NCBI GenBank assembly: GCA_011390065.1 | Contig: JAABTD010000006.1 | Coordinates: 16-64,015, forward strand | Reading direction: 5' to 3' | DNA length: 64,000 nucleotides | Origin: Desulfobacteraceae bacterium | GTDB lineage: Bacteria; Desulfobacterota; Desulfobacteria; Desulfobacterales; JAABSP01 | Part shown: positions 21,717 to 31,438 of the stretch, piece by piece | Layout of the letters: every line of letters starts with the position of its first letter | Position numbering within the stretch: position 1 is the stretch's first letter | Program-made: the position numbers and the translations under genes | Notes under the pieces: generated by a model | Databases searched by the model: none | The model's input: only the letters and a program-made list of their open reading frames with translations | Told to the model about the DNA's origin: nothing

Positions 21717-22895
21717 ATGATCGGCATATCCAAACTGTACTGTAATACCGTGGAACCGTCCGACGCCCTTCGGTACGGCCGCCATTCCGGTCAACTTCCG
21801 TCGCACCTGCTTCAGTTCTCCCAGGACAAAAAGCCGGTGGTGGTCTGGAACATGACCCGGCGCTGCAACCTGAAATGCGTCCACTGCTACGCCCAGGCAA
21901 AGGATGAGCGCTTTAAGGACGAAATGACCACCGAGGAGGGCAAGCGCCTCATCGACGACCTGGCGGCCTTCGGTTCGCCGGTCCTCCTCCTTTCCGGGGG
22001 CGAACCCCTGATGCGCAAGGATTTGCCGGAGCTGGCGGGGTATGCGGTGGAAAAGGGCATGCGGGCGGTGATTTCCACCAACGGCACCCTGATCCCCCCT
22101 GAAAAGGCCCGTATCCTCAAGGAGATCGGGCTTTCCTACGTGGGGGTGAGTCTGGACGGCATGGAGGCCATCCACGATAAGTTCCGGGGCGTCAACGGCG
22201 CCTTCAAAAAGGCCATGGAGGGAATCGAAAACTGTCAGAACGCCGGCATCAAGGTGGGGCTCCGGTTCACTATCAATAAATTCAACGTCGCGGAAATTCC
22301 GGCGGTCTTCGATCTCCTGGAGGAACGGGAGATTCCGCGCATCTGCTTTTACCACCTGGTCTACGCAGGCCGGGGGTCGGATCTGGTCAAGGACGACCTG
22401 ACCCACGAGGAGACCCGAAAGGCCGTGGATCTGATCATGGAACGGACCAAAGATCTCCACGACCGCGGCATCCGGAAAGAGGTGCTCACGGTCGACAATC
22501 ACGCCGACGGCCCCTACGTCTACCTCCGCCTTCAAAAGGAAGATCCGGAGCGGGCCGCCGAGGTCCTGGAACTTCTGGAGATGAACGAAGGCAATAATTC
22601 GGGCCGCGGCATCGGCTGCGTGAGCTGGGACGGCGAGGTCCACGCCGATCAGTTCTGGCGTCACCACAGTTTCGGCAACGTCCGGAAGCGGCCCTTTTCC
22701 GAGATCTGGACGGATCTGTCCGATCCCCTGTTGGCAAAGCTCAAGGAAAAAAAACAACACGTCACAGGCCGCTGCGCGGGATGCCGGTGGCTTGACATCT
22801 GCGGCGGCAATTTCCGGGTGCGGGCCGAAGCCCTCTATGACGATGTCTGGGCCCCGGATCCCGCCTGTTACCTGACCGACGCGGAGATCGCCTGA
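21717..22895 (+). CDS. ahbC: NirJ-like radical SAM heme biosynthesis enzyme, probably AhbC (Fe-coproporphyrin III synthase)
   Basis: Radical SAM CNLKCVHCY motif and a Cys-rich SPASM-like C-terminus (CAGCRWLDICGG). The radical SAM-hemB-radical SAM arrangement is known from Desulfovibrio. The AhbC versus AhbD assignment is from memory of N-termini. Confidence 0.65.
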   Translation: MIGISKLYCNTVEPSDALRYGRHSGQLPSHLLQFSQDKKPVVVWNMTRRCNLKCVHCYAQAKDERFKDEMTTEEGKRLIDDLAAFGSPVLLLSGGEPLMRKDLPELAGYAVEKGMRAVISTNGTLIPPEKARILKEIGLSYVGVSLDGMEAIHDKFRGVNGAFKKAMEGIENCQNAGIKVGLRFTINKFNVAEIPAVFDLLEEREIPRICFYHLVYAGRGSDLVKDDLTHEETRKAVDLIMERTKDLHDRGIRKEVLTVDNHADGPYVYLRLQKEDPERAAEVLELLEMNEGNNSGRGIGCVSWDGEVHADQFWRHHSFGNVRKRPFSEIWTDLSDPLLAKLKEKKQHVTGRCAGCRWLDICGGNFRVRAEALYDDVWAPDPACYLTDAEIA

Positions 22896-22947
22896 TAATT
22901 GACGCCGAACGACCGCCCGATATTAAATCTCAAATAAGGAAAACCCC

Positions 22948-23925
22948 ATGCTGTTTCCCGATTATCGCCCTCGCCGCATACGCCAGAGCGAGCCGTTTCG
23001 CCGATTGGTGCGTGAAACGGTTGTGACCGCAGACGACCTGATCCTGCCCCTGTTCGTGATCGGCGGCAAGGACGTGAAAAATTCCATCGACGCCATGCCC
23101 GGACATTTTCAGTTTTCCATCGATCATCTGACCCGGACCGCCAAGGCCGCTCATGAGGCGGGGATTCCCGCTGTCATGCTCTTCGGCATCCCCGACAAAA
23201 AAGATCCGCTGGCCACGGCCGCCTACGCCAGGGACGGCATCGTTCAAAAGGCCGTTCGGGAGCTGAAGAACCGGGTTCCCGACCTGGCGGTCATCACCGA
23301 CGTCTGCCTCTGCCAGTACACGGACCACGGCCATTGCGGCGTGGTGGAAAAAGGCATCGTCGACAACGACGCCTCCCTTGACCTGCTGGCCCGGACCGCC
23401 CTGTCCCACGCCAATGCGGGGGCCGACATGGTGGCCCCTTCGGACATGATGGACGGACGGGTCGCCGAGATCCGGAACACGCTGGATGAAGAGGGGCTGG
23501 AGTCGGTCCCCATCATGTCCTATGCCGTCAAATACTGCTCCGCCTTTTACGGGCCGTTCCGGCAGGCGGCTCATTCCGCGCCGAAATTCGGGGACCGCCG
23601 AACGTACCAGATGGACCCGGCCAACGGGCAGGAAGCCATCCGGGAGGCCACCATGGACGCAGAGGAGGGGGCCGACATTCTCATGGTCAAGCCGGCGCTC
23701 CCCTACCTGGACATCGTCTACCGGATCCGCCAGGAGCTGGACCTGCCGGTGGCCGCTTATAATGTGAGCGGTGAATACGCCATGGTCAAGGCCGCCGAGG
23801 AGAAGGGCTGGATCGACGGCCCCCGGGTCATGATGGAAACCCTGACCGCCATCAAGCGGGCCGGGGCCGACATGATCCTCACCTATTTTGCCATGGATGC
23901 GGCCAGGGCGCTCCGGGACCGGTAA
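22948..23925 (+). CDS. hemB: Porphobilinogen synthase (delta-aminolevulinate dehydratase)
   Basis: 325 aa. RPRRIRQSEPFRRLVRET N-terminus, a Cys-rich metal site (DVCLCQYTDHGHCG) and the active-site Lys region MVKPA. Confidence 0.95.
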   Translation: MLFPDYRPRRIRQSEPFRRLVRETVVTADDLILPLFVIGGKDVKNSIDAMPGHFQFSIDHLTRTAKAAHEAGIPAVMLFGIPDKKDPLATAAYARDGIVQKAVRELKNRVPDLAVITDVCLCQYTDHGHCGVVEKGIVDNDASLDLLARTALSHANAGADMVAPSDMMDGRVAEIRNTLDEEGLESVPIMSYAVKYCSAFYGPFRQAAHSAPKFGDRRTYQMDPANGQEAIREATMDAEEGADILMVKPALPYLDIVYRIRQELDLPVAAYNVSGEYAMVKAAEEKGWIDGPRVMMETLTAIKRAGADMILTYFAMDAARALRDR

Positions 23926-23938
23926 GGAGGCGATTCAC

Positions 23939-25063
23939 ATGAAACCCACTCCGGCAACCCATCCCCATGCGGCGCACGGCGCCGGCGGCCAAACGGCCGG
24001 CCCCCGACTGGTGGCCTGGGAGATCACGCGGAACTGCAATCTTTCCTGCGTTCACTGCCGGGCCGCGGCCACCAACGGCCCTTACAGCGGCGAGTTGACC
24101 ACCGACGCCTGTATGGGCCTGGTGGACAGTATCGCCGACGCCGGGCGCCCCATCGTGATCCTGACCGGCGGCGAACCCCTGATGCGGCCCGACATTTTCG
24201 AAGTGGCCCGCTACGGGACCGACAAGGGGCTCCGGATGGTCATGGCGCCCAACGGCACCCTTCTGACACCGGAGAAGGCCCGGCAAATGGCCGACGCCGG
24301 CATCCAGCGCATCAGCATCAGCCTGGACGGCGCCGACCGGGAACGCCATGACGCCTTCCGGGGGGTGGACGGCGCCTTCGACGGTGCGCTCCAGGGCATT
24401 CGACATGCCCGGGAGGCCGGGGTCGAGTTCCAGATCAACACCACCATCACCAAGGCCAATCTGGCGGAAATTCCCCGAATTCAGGACCTGGCCGTAGAAC
24501 TGGGGGCCGTGGCCCATCACATTTTTCTGTTGGTGCCTACCGGCCGGGGCAAGTATCTGTTGGATGCCGAGATCGATGCCCGGGAATACGAGGAGACCCT
24601 CAACTGGTTCTACGATCAACGGGAATACGCGCCATTGCAGCTCAAGGCCACCTGCGCCCCCCATTATTACCGCATCCTCCGACAGCGGGCCAGGGCCGAA
24701 GGGAAAACCGTCACCTTCGAATCCCACGGTCTTGACGCCGTGACCCGGGGGTGTCTCGGGGGCACGGGGTTTTGCTTCATCTCCCACCGGGGACGGGTGC
24801 AACCCTGCGGATTCCTCGATCTCGACTGCGGCAATGTGACCGAGACGCCGTTTTCCGACATCTGGCGCGGGTCGGAGGTGTTTCTGGCCTTGCGGGATTA
24901 CGACAACCTCAAGGGAAAGTGCGGGGCCTGTGAGTACAAGCGGGTCTGCGGCGGGTGCCGGGCGAGGGCGTATGAGGCCACGGGGGATTATCTGGCGGAA
25001 GAGCCGTTGTGCAGTTATCAGCCGGTCAGAACGCGGCCTGCAGAAGAACGGGGACGCGGATGA
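23939..25063 (+). CDS. ahbD: NirJ-like radical SAM heme biosynthesis enzyme, probably AhbD (heme b synthase)
   Basis: His-rich N-terminus then PRLVAWEITRNCNLSCVHCRA (radical SAM), with a SPASM-like CGACEYKRVCGGCRARAY. AAGGAGG SD before the ATG at 23939. Confidence 0.65.
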   Translation: MKPTPATHPHAAHGAGGQTAGPRLVAWEITRNCNLSCVHCRAAATNGPYSGELTTDACMGLVDSIADAGRPIVILTGGEPLMRPDIFEVARYGTDKGLRMVMAPNGTLLTPEKARQMADAGIQRISISLDGADRERHDAFRGVDGAFDGALQGIRHAREAGVEFQINTTITKANLAEIPRIQDLAVELGAVAHHIFLLVPTGRGKYLLDAEIDAREYEETLNWFYDQREYAPLQLKATCAPHYYRILRQRARAEGKTVTFESHGLDAVTRGCLGGTGFCFISHRGRVQPCGFLDLDCGNVTETPFSDIWRGSEVFLALRDYDNLKGKCGACEYKRVCGGCRARAYEATGDYLAEEPLCSYQPVRTRPAEERGRG

Positions 25064-25129
25064 AAAAACTGGTGCGCCACGGCGACAGCCTCACCGGGAG
25101 GAATTTTTGTTCGCGGCCCCGCAGCGTCG

Positions 25130-25483
25130 TCAGCCGGACAGTTCCGTCAGCCGTTTTCTGGCCTGCTCCTTGACCTCCTGGGGTTCCTCATCGTCCAGGA
25201 CGATTTTCTCCAGCAGCATGAGGTCTTTCAGCTTTTCCACCGCTTCCATGCGCACCTCCAGGATGGTTTTCCCCTGCTTTTTCAATTCGCCCCGCCTGGC
25301 CATGATCATGAAATACAGCCCCGCCAGAACAAAAAGGGTCGCCAGCCCCATGAGATAAAATTTTCCGGGCGGCTCGGTCCGGAGGATGGGGGTTTCCACC
25401 ACCGTGAGAAAGAGGAAAAACCCGCCGACCAGCATCACAAAGCAGGATATCAGAAACGGAAACACATTCTTAGCGACGGCCAT
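25130..25483 (-). CDS. Hypothetical small membrane protein (2 TM plus charged helical tail)
   Basis: 117 aa with two hydrophobic helices. Its start overlaps the upstream MCP stop by 14 nt, which suggests translational coupling. I recognised no family. Confidence 0.5.
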   Translation of the reverse strand: MAVAKNVFPFLISCFVMLVGGFFLFLTVVETPILRTEPPGKFYLMGLATLFVLAGLYFMIMARRGELKKQGKTILEVRMEAVEKLKDLMLLEKIVLDDEEPQEVKEQARKRLTELSG

Positions 25484-27641
25484 TTGAATCCACCTCCTTT
25501 TTCTTTTTCAGCAACAACGTTCGCTTTACCTTAGCAAACAACGGCGGGTTTGGAAAGGGCGCCGACGTCTTCGCGGGGCGTCGGTTGGATTTTCCCCGCA
25601 CCATGACCAGCAAGGTATCCATGATTTCCGACATCCGGCGGGACTGCTCCGACAGCTCCGCCGATGCGGCGGCCGATTCTTCGCAGGAGGCGGCCACATG
25701 CTGGGTGGCCTGATCGATCTCCTGGGCCGCCGCGGTGATGGTCTCGATCCCCCTGTATTGTTCTTTGCTGGCTTCGGTGACGGCGCTGGTCTTTTCCCCC
25801 ATGAGGGTGGCGGATTCGATGATGGCGGTGAAATCCTCATTGACACCGCGGATCGCCTCCGCAGCCTTGCCGACCTGCGCCAGGTTGTTGCCCAGAAGCC
25901 GCTGGGTGTCTTCGGCCGCCGCCGTGGTCTCCCTGGCCAGTTTTTTCACCTCTTCGGCCACCACGGCGAATCCGGCGCCGGCTTCCCCGGCCCGGGCCGC
26001 TTCCACCGCCGCGTTGAGGGCCAGCAGACCGGTCTGGAAGGCGATGTCGTCCACGGTTTTGATGATCTTGCCCATCTGTCCGCTTTCCGATTCAATCCGG
26101 GTTATGCTTCTGGACAGTTCCATGAGGGTTTTGAGGGATTGACCCGATTTTTCGATGTTCCGCCGCATCAGCTCATCGGCCCCTTTGGTAAGCGCCGAAG
26201 TCTCCCGGCTCACGGCGGCGATCTCCTCCAGGGACGCCGAAGATTCTTCTACGGCGGCGGCCTGTTGACTGGCGCTCTGGGCCGTCGATCTGCTGGCGTC
26301 GGCGACCTGGACGGCGGCGGCGGCCACCCCGTCGGTGATCTCCGACAGGCCCTGGATGGAACGATTGAGGGGACGCAGGATTTTACGCCGGATGACAACG
26401 GTGGCGATGACGAGCGTGACCGCCAGGACCAGAAGGGCCATTCCGGCCGTCCAGATCATCACCTGCCGGATGTTGCGGTCGATGCCGTTTTTGACATCGG
26501 CGACCCGCTTGTTGAGGGTGGCCACGGCGTCGTCGATGCGGTCTTCAAGCTGGGATTCCCGGCGGGCCGTCAATTGTTCGATGTCGTCGATATACAGCCC
26601 CGTGCCGATGATCCAGTTCCACGGCTCGAAAAGTTTGACGAAGGAAAGCTTGGGCTGGGGCGCGTCCGCGCCATATTTGGGCCAGTCATAATCAACGAAT
26701 CCTTCCCCCGATGTCCGACACGCTTTGACGAACGCCGTGAACAGATGTTTGCCGTTGGGGTCGGCGTAATCGGTCAGATCCTGTCCGTTCAACTCGGGTT
26801 TGTAGGGATGCATGATCATGTTGGGGTGTAGATCGTTGATCCAGAAATAATCCTTGCTTTCGGGTCCGTAGCGGAGCGTCGATACCATGTCCGCAGCTTT
26901 GGCTTTGAGGGCTTCCTCGGCGATTTCAATATAGACGCCTGAACCGATGATCCAGTTCCAGGGTTCGAAAAGCTTGACGAAAGAAAGTTTGGGCTGAGGT
27001 TTTTCCTCGCCGTACTTGGGCCAGTCATAGTCGACGAATCCCTGGCCTGATGTCCGGCAGACCTCGACGAATTCGACGAAGAGGCGCTTTCCGTTGGGAT
27101 CGGCGTAATCGGTCAGATCCTGTCCGTTCAACTCGGGTTTGTAGGGATGCATGATCATGGTCGGGTAAAGATCGTTGATCCAGAAATAATCCTTGCTTTC
27201 CGGGCCGTATCGGAGGGTTTCCACGATGTCGGCGGCCCGGGCCCGGCGGATCGCCGGCGGAAGGTCGGTCCGGGCCTGGAGGGCTTCCAGTACGCCGCAG
27301 GCGGTGTCTACGGCGTTTTGAAGCGGGACTTTGTAGGCGGCCTGAAGCTTTTCGGGGTCATGGGCGTCCTGGTATCCCTTTTCCAGCACGCTCAACGCCG
27401 TCTGGACCTGGGAGCGCAGATATTCTTTCTTGCGCGAGAGCAGTTCCTCCCGATACGCCGCTATCTGTTGCCGGCCGTCGGCCCGCATCCGCTCGATCTG
27501 TGCGTCGTTGAGCTGTTCGAGACTGCGTATGGCCATGGCGCCGGTCCATCGGATCTGGGTCGCCGCCAGGATGCTGATGAGAGCGCTGACGATGATCAAC
27601 GAGAGGGAGATCATCCACAAAATTCGGGTATTGATGGCCAT
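25470..27641 (-). CDS. Methyl-accepting chemotaxis protein with two tandem Cache-like periplasmic modules
   Basis: TM1 ([19 protein letters not shown]), two repeats of about 102 aa ([31 protein letters not shown]), TM2, HAMP and an MA domain ([31 protein letters not shown]). ATG at 27641 with a GAGGAG SD. Confidence 0.9.
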   Translation of the reverse strand: MAINTRILWMISLSLIIVSALISILAATQIRWTGAMAIRSLEQLNDAQIERMRADGRQQIAAYREELLSRKKEYLRSQVQTALSVLEKGYQDAHDPEKLQAAYKVPLQNAVDTACGVLEALQARTDLPPAIRRARAADIVETLRYGPESKDYFWINDLYPTMIMHPYKPELNGQDLTDYADPNGKRLFVEFVEVCRTSGQGFVDYDWPKYGEEKPQPKLSFVKLFEPWNWIIGSGVYIEIAEEALKAKAADMVSTLRYGPESKDYFWINDLHPNMIMHPYKPELNGQDLTDYADPNGKHLFTAFVKACRTSGEGFVDYDWPKYGADAPQPKLSFVKLFEPWNWIIGTGLYIDDIEQLTARRESQLEDRIDDAVATLNKRVADVKNGIDRNIRQVMIWTAGMALLVLAVTLVIATVVIRRKILRPLNRSIQGLSEITDGVAAAAVQVADASRSTAQSASQQAAAVEESSASLEEIAAVSRETSALTKGADELMRRNIEKSGQSLKTLMELSRSITRIESESGQMGKIIKTVDDIAFQTGLLALNAAVEAARAGEAGAGFAVVAEEVKKLARETTAAAEDTQRLLGNNLAQVGKAAEAIRGVNEDFTAIIESATLMGEKTSAVTEASKEQYRGIETITAAAQEIDQATQHVAASCEESAAASAELSEQSRRMSEIMDTLLVMVRGKSNRRPAKTSAPFPNPPLFAKVKRTLLLKKKKEVDSNGRR
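26589..27233 (-). repeat. Intragenic tandem duplication (2 x about 306 nt, period 339 nt) encoding the two Cache-like modules
   Basis: Runs of more than 60 nt are identical between about 26762-26820 and 27101-27160. The protein units at aa 137-238 and 250-351 are about 85-90 percent identical by eye. Confidence 0.8.
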
Positions 27642-27696
27642 GGCGGCTCCTCGATAGGGGCGATAGGGGCGAAAGGTTTCTCCGCGTCGATTTTCA

Positions 27697-27724
27697 GTTA
27701 TACTAAATATCCGGTGCGGGTCAA
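27697..27724 (-). promoter_or_regulatory. Sigma70-like promoter candidate for the orphan MCP
   Basis: On the minus strand: TTGACC, 16 nt spacer, TATAAC, about 55 nt upstream of the ATG. Confidence 0.35.
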
Positions 27725-27814
27725 CGACCGACGTCATTGTCGTTTAAGTCGTCCGTCCCGATCAAAGGGCTTCAGGGCGCCATCGAAGGCGCCCTTATCG
27801 ACGATGCCCCGGGG

Positions 27815-29407
27815 TCATCCCAGGCGGACCTGGCGGGCGCTGAGGATGTTGGGCAGGGTCCGGATCTCTTCCAGGACCGTTTCATCGGCCGGGGTGTCGA
27901 TGTTGACCATGCAGATGGCCCGGTCGCCGCGGCGGCCCAGTTGAAACCGTCCGATGTTGATGTCGTGCCGGCCAAGGGCGCTGCCCACGTTGCCGATGAC
28001 GCCCGGCTTGTCAATGTTCTGAATGATGATCATGGAGCCCTCGGGGATGGCGTCCATGTAGATGTCGCCGATGCGCACCAGGCGCGGGTATTTTCCTTCG
28101 TAAATGGTCCCCCACACCTCGTCGGGGCTCTCCTCCCGGTCCTCCAGCTTCACCTGGATCAGGCCCGTGAAATCGGCTTTGGCGCCGCTGATGGTCTCCT
28201 TGACGTGGATGCCCTTGTCGGCGGCCAGAGCCGGGGCGTTGACGTAGTTGACGGCGGTGTCGGAAAAGGCCTCGAGAAACCCTTTCAGCACCGCGTGGGT
28301 GAGGGGGCGGGTGTCCAGGTCGGCCACGCTGCCGCTGTAGGTGATGGTGATGTCGTGGGTCCGGGTCAGGAGCTGGCCCATGAGCGATCCCATTTTTTCA
28401 GCCAGCCCCAGATGGGGACGGATGCTTTCCATGACCTCGGGGGATACCGAGGGGAAGTTGACCGCATTGGCGATGACGCCGTCGATGAGATAGGCGGCCA
28501 TCTGTTCGGCGATCATCCGCGCCACGTTGACCTGGGCCTCTCCGGTGGCGGCGCCCAGATGGGGGGTGAAAATGGCCTTGGGATGCTTCAGGATGGGCAG
28601 GTCGGGGTCCGGAGGCTCGCCGGGGAAGACGTCCAGGGCCGCGCCGGCCACCTGGCCCGAATCCAGGGCGTCGGTCAAAGCCGACAGGTCGACCACTTCC
28701 CCCCGGGAGCAGTTGACGATTCGAACCCCCGGCTTCATCCGGGAGATGGCGTCGGCGTCGATCATGTTGACCGTTTCCTGCATCCGGGGCACATGGAGGG
28801 TGATAAAATCCGACCGCGCGAGCAGCTCGGTCAGCTCGGTCAGTTCCACCTCCAGGGCCGAGGCGGCCGCTTTGGTGACAAAGGGATCGGCGGCGATCAC
28901 CTTCATCCGCAGTCCGATGGCCCGCTGGGCCACCACCCGCCCGATGTGGCCCAGACCGATGACGCCCAGGGTCTTGCCGCTGATCTCCACGCCGGTGAGC
29001 TGTTTTTTTTCCCATCGGCCTTCCCGGAGCGAGGCGGTGCCCTGGGGGATGTTGCGGGCCAGGGAGAGCATCAGCGAGAGGGCGTGTTCGGCCGTGGTCA
29101 CGGTGTTGCCCCCCGGTGCGTTCATGACCACCACGCCGCTGCGGGTGGCGTCCGATACTGCGATATTGTCCACGCCGATGCCGGCGCGTCCGATCACCTT
29201 GAGGTTCTCGGCCTTTGCCAGCACCGCGCCGGTCACCTTGGTGCCGCTGCGCAGTCCGAGGCCGTGAAAGTCGCCGATGATCTCAGCGAGCCGATCGGGC
29301 GAATTGGCGGCCTTGTCGTTGTCCACCACGACCTCGATCCGGCCGGTTGCTTCCAGTATCTCTTTGGCGACGGGCGACATGTTGTCCCGCAACATGACTT
29401 TAAACAT
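27815..29407 (-). CDS. serA: D-3-phosphoglycerate dehydrogenase (long form with ACT domain)
   Basis: 530 aa with the NAD motif GVIGLGHIGR, a 2-hydroxyacid dehydrogenase core and a C-terminal ACT-like segment. Confidence 0.93.
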   Translation of the reverse strand: MFKVMLRDNMSPVAKEILEATGRIEVVVDNDKAANSPDRLAEIIGDFHGLGLRSGTKVTGAVLAKAENLKVIGRAGIGVDNIAVSDATRSGVVVMNAPGGNTVTTAEHALSLMLSLARNIPQGTASLREGRWEKKQLTGVEISGKTLGVIGLGHIGRVVAQRAIGLRMKVIAADPFVTKAAASALEVELTELTELLARSDFITLHVPRMQETVNMIDADAISRMKPGVRIVNCSRGEVVDLSALTDALDSGQVAGAALDVFPGEPPDPDLPILKHPKAIFTPHLGAATGEAQVNVARMIAEQMAAYLIDGVIANAVNFPSVSPEVMESIRPHLGLAEKMGSLMGQLLTRTHDITITYSGSVADLDTRPLTHAVLKGFLEAFSDTAVNYVNAPALAADKGIHVKETISGAKADFTGLIQVKLEDREESPDEVWGTIYEGKYPRLVRIGDIYMDAIPEGSMIIIQNIDKPGVIGNVGSALGRHDINIGRFQLGRRGDRAICMVNIDTPADETVLEEIRTLPNILSARQVRLG

Positions 29408-29649
29408 TAAATCCCCCTTTTCTCTGTGGGTGTTATTGCTGGAACCGACGATATTTTGTTCTTCTTAACGAAAACCCCTTTTTTTTGCAAGACGGGCTTT
29501 GCCGATGGATAATCCGGTTGCAGATTTGGGCAAAATGCGTTACAAGCCTTTCTTACCGGTATTTATTAATGATATCTGAAATTTGAGATATGAAACCCGC
29601 CGATCGGGGCAAATGCCGGAACAATCGTCAACATTGCCAGGGGGGCGGC

Positions 29650-30129
29650 ATGCTTGCACTGCTTTTCCACATCGGAGAAGTTCGATACATCATCAAATGC
29701 GACCGGATCCGGGAGATCGCGCCCATGGTCGCCCTGAAAGAGGCGCCCCAGGCCCCGGCCTATTTCGCGGGGTATTTCAACTACCGCGGCGCCATCGTGC
29801 CGGTCATCGACCTGTGTCAACTCATTCAAAATACCCCTTGTCGATTGCGGTTGTCCACCCGGATCATTCTGGTGGAGTACCGGCGAAACGCGTCGTCCCA
29901 TATCCTGGGACTCATCGCGGAACGGGTGACCGAGGCGGTGAAAAAGCCGGATGACGCCTTTGCCTCGGCCGGCATCCGGTCCAGAAAGGCCCCCTACCTG
30001 GGAGGAATCGTCATGGATGAGGACGAGATGATTCAGTGCCTGGAACTGGATCGTTTGCCCGACTGCATCGATTTCCTGCCCGAATCAGAAGCGGCGACCT
30101 GTGAAGGAGATGACGCAACAAGAGATTGA
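29650..30129 (+). CDS. cheW: CheW-like coupling protein (WspB-like position)
   Basis: CheW-domain pattern (LLFHIGEVRYIIKCDRIREIAPMVALKEAPQAPAYFAGYFNYRGAIVPVIDL). I prefer the ATG at 29650 with a G-rich SD over the ATG at 29590. Confidence 0.8.
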   Translation: MLALLFHIGEVRYIIKCDRIREIAPMVALKEAPQAPAYFAGYFNYRGAIVPVIDLCQLIQNTPCRLRLSTRIILVEYRRNASSHILGLIAERVTEAVKKPDDAFASAGIRSRKAPYLGGIVMDEDEMIQCLELDRLPDCIDFLPESEAATCEGDDATRD

Positions 30130-31438
30130 AGCGCTGCTGGACCAGCGCATCGGCCTTTCGCCCGGGTCTCTGGGCGGGGAAACGGTTTTAAAGGCCGTGG
30201 GGCGGCGGATGAAACATTGCGGCGTCTCCGATCCCCGGGCCTATCTGGCCTGCCTGCGGTCCTCTGAAGCGGAATGGGAAGCATTGCTGGAACTGGTGGT
30301 GGTGCCGGAAACCTGGTTTTTCCGCAACAAGGAATCCTTCGCTTTTCTGACCCGCCATGTCCGCACCGAATGGCTGTCCGAATCCGCCGGACCGGAGCTG
30401 CGGGTATTGAGCATCCCTTGCGCCTCCGGGGAGGAACCTTATTCTGTCGCCATGGCTCTGGCGGATACGGGTCTGGATCAGGATCGGGTGGCGATCGATG
30501 GTATGGACATCAGCCCGGCCGCCCTGGAAAAAGCCCGACAGGGGGTCTATGGACCCGAGGCCTTCCGAGGACGGAACCTCTCGTTTCGAGAGCGGTATTT
30601 CACCCCCGCGCCCGGCGGCCATCGGATCGATCCGAGCGTGAAAACCATGGTGCAATTCCAGCGGGCCAATCTTATGGAGGAAGGACGGTTTGCGGGGGTG
30701 AAGCCCTATGACGTCATTTTTTGTCGAAACCTCCTGATCTACCTGAGCGACCAGGGCAAAGAGCGGGCGCTGGCCGTGTTCGACCGGTTGCTGAAGCCCG
30801 GCGGCATCCTCTTCGTGGGACATGTGGAGCGATCCCTGATCCGAAATCCCGGGTTTCAGTGGATCAAGCAGCCCGGCGTCTTTGCCTGCCGGCGGACCGA
30901 TGGCGGTTCATCCCCGCCTATGGCGGAGGGCGACCGGAGTCCGTCCCCCCTCCGCCGATCCATTCGCCCCGCCATTCAATGGCCCCCCCTCGCTTCGCCT
31001 CCGTCCGTTTCCGAGACCGCTCCCCGACAGGGATCCTCGAAGGCCGCTCCGGGGCGCAGTTCGATGGATCATCGGCGTCGGTCGGCATCTTCTCCGATGC
31101 CGCCGCGCAAAGCGGCGGTTGTGGAGGGCTACCTGGTCCAGGCCCAGCGAATGGCGGATCAGGGAAAGATGGAAGACGCCTTCCGCCTGTGCGAAAAATC
31201 GGTGGGCGAAAACGCCTTCCACATTCAGGCCCATTTTCTCATGGGGCTGATCTGCCACGCCATGGATAACGAAGAGCGGGCCGAAGAGGCCTTCAACAAA
31301 GCGGTTTATCTGGACCCGAACCACCATGAGGCCATGAGTCATCTGGCGTTTATCATGGAGCACCGGGGAGAATGGGACAAGGCCGAACGGCTGCGGCGTC
31401 GGGCTCAGCGGATTCGGCAGAAGGAGGAAGGCCTGTGA
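30101..31438 (+). CDS. cheR: Chemotaxis methyltransferase CheR with C-terminal TPR (WspC-like)
   Basis: CheR motifs (ETWFFRNKESF, IPCASGEEPYS, IFCRNLLIYL), a Pro/Ser-rich linker and a TPR-like C-terminus. The start is GTG 30101 or ATG 30110; both overlap the cheW 3' end. Confidence 0.85.
   Translation: MKEMTQQEIEALLDQRIGLSPGSLGGETVLKAVGRRMKHCGVSDPRAYLACLRSSEAEWEALLELVVVPETWFFRNKESFAFLTRHVRTEWLSESAGPELRVLSIPCASGEEPYSVAMALADTGLDQDRVAIDGMDISPAALEKARQGVYGPEAFRGRNLSFRERYFTPAPGGHRIDPSVKTMVQFQRANLMEEGRFAGVKPYDVIFCRNLLIYLSDQGKERALAVFDRLLKPGGILFVGHVERSLIRNPGFQWIKQPGVFACRRTDGGSSPPMAEGDRSPSPLRRSIRPAIQWPPLASPPSVSETAPRQGSSKAAPGRSSMDHRRRSASSPMPPRKAAVVEGYLVQAQRMADQGKMEDAFRLCEKSVGENAFHIQAHFLMGLICHAMDNEERAEEAFNKAVYLDPNHHEAMSHLAFIMEHRGEWDKAERLRRRAQRIRQKEEGL

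Noticed and set aside
27652-27669. Tandem 9-mer cgatagggg x2 in the MCP leader
   Set aside because: There are only two copies of a short unit, which is too little to call a regulatory repeat.
27737-29410. 557-aa ORF on the plus strand across serA
   Set aside because: It is antisense to serA. The product is Gly/Asp/His/Val-rich with no motifs.
29506-29522. Sigma54-like element TGGATAATCCGGTTGCA upstream of the che operon
   Set aside because: The GG-to-GC spacing is one nucleotide longer than the strict -24/-12 spacing. No enhancer-binding protein gene is nearby.
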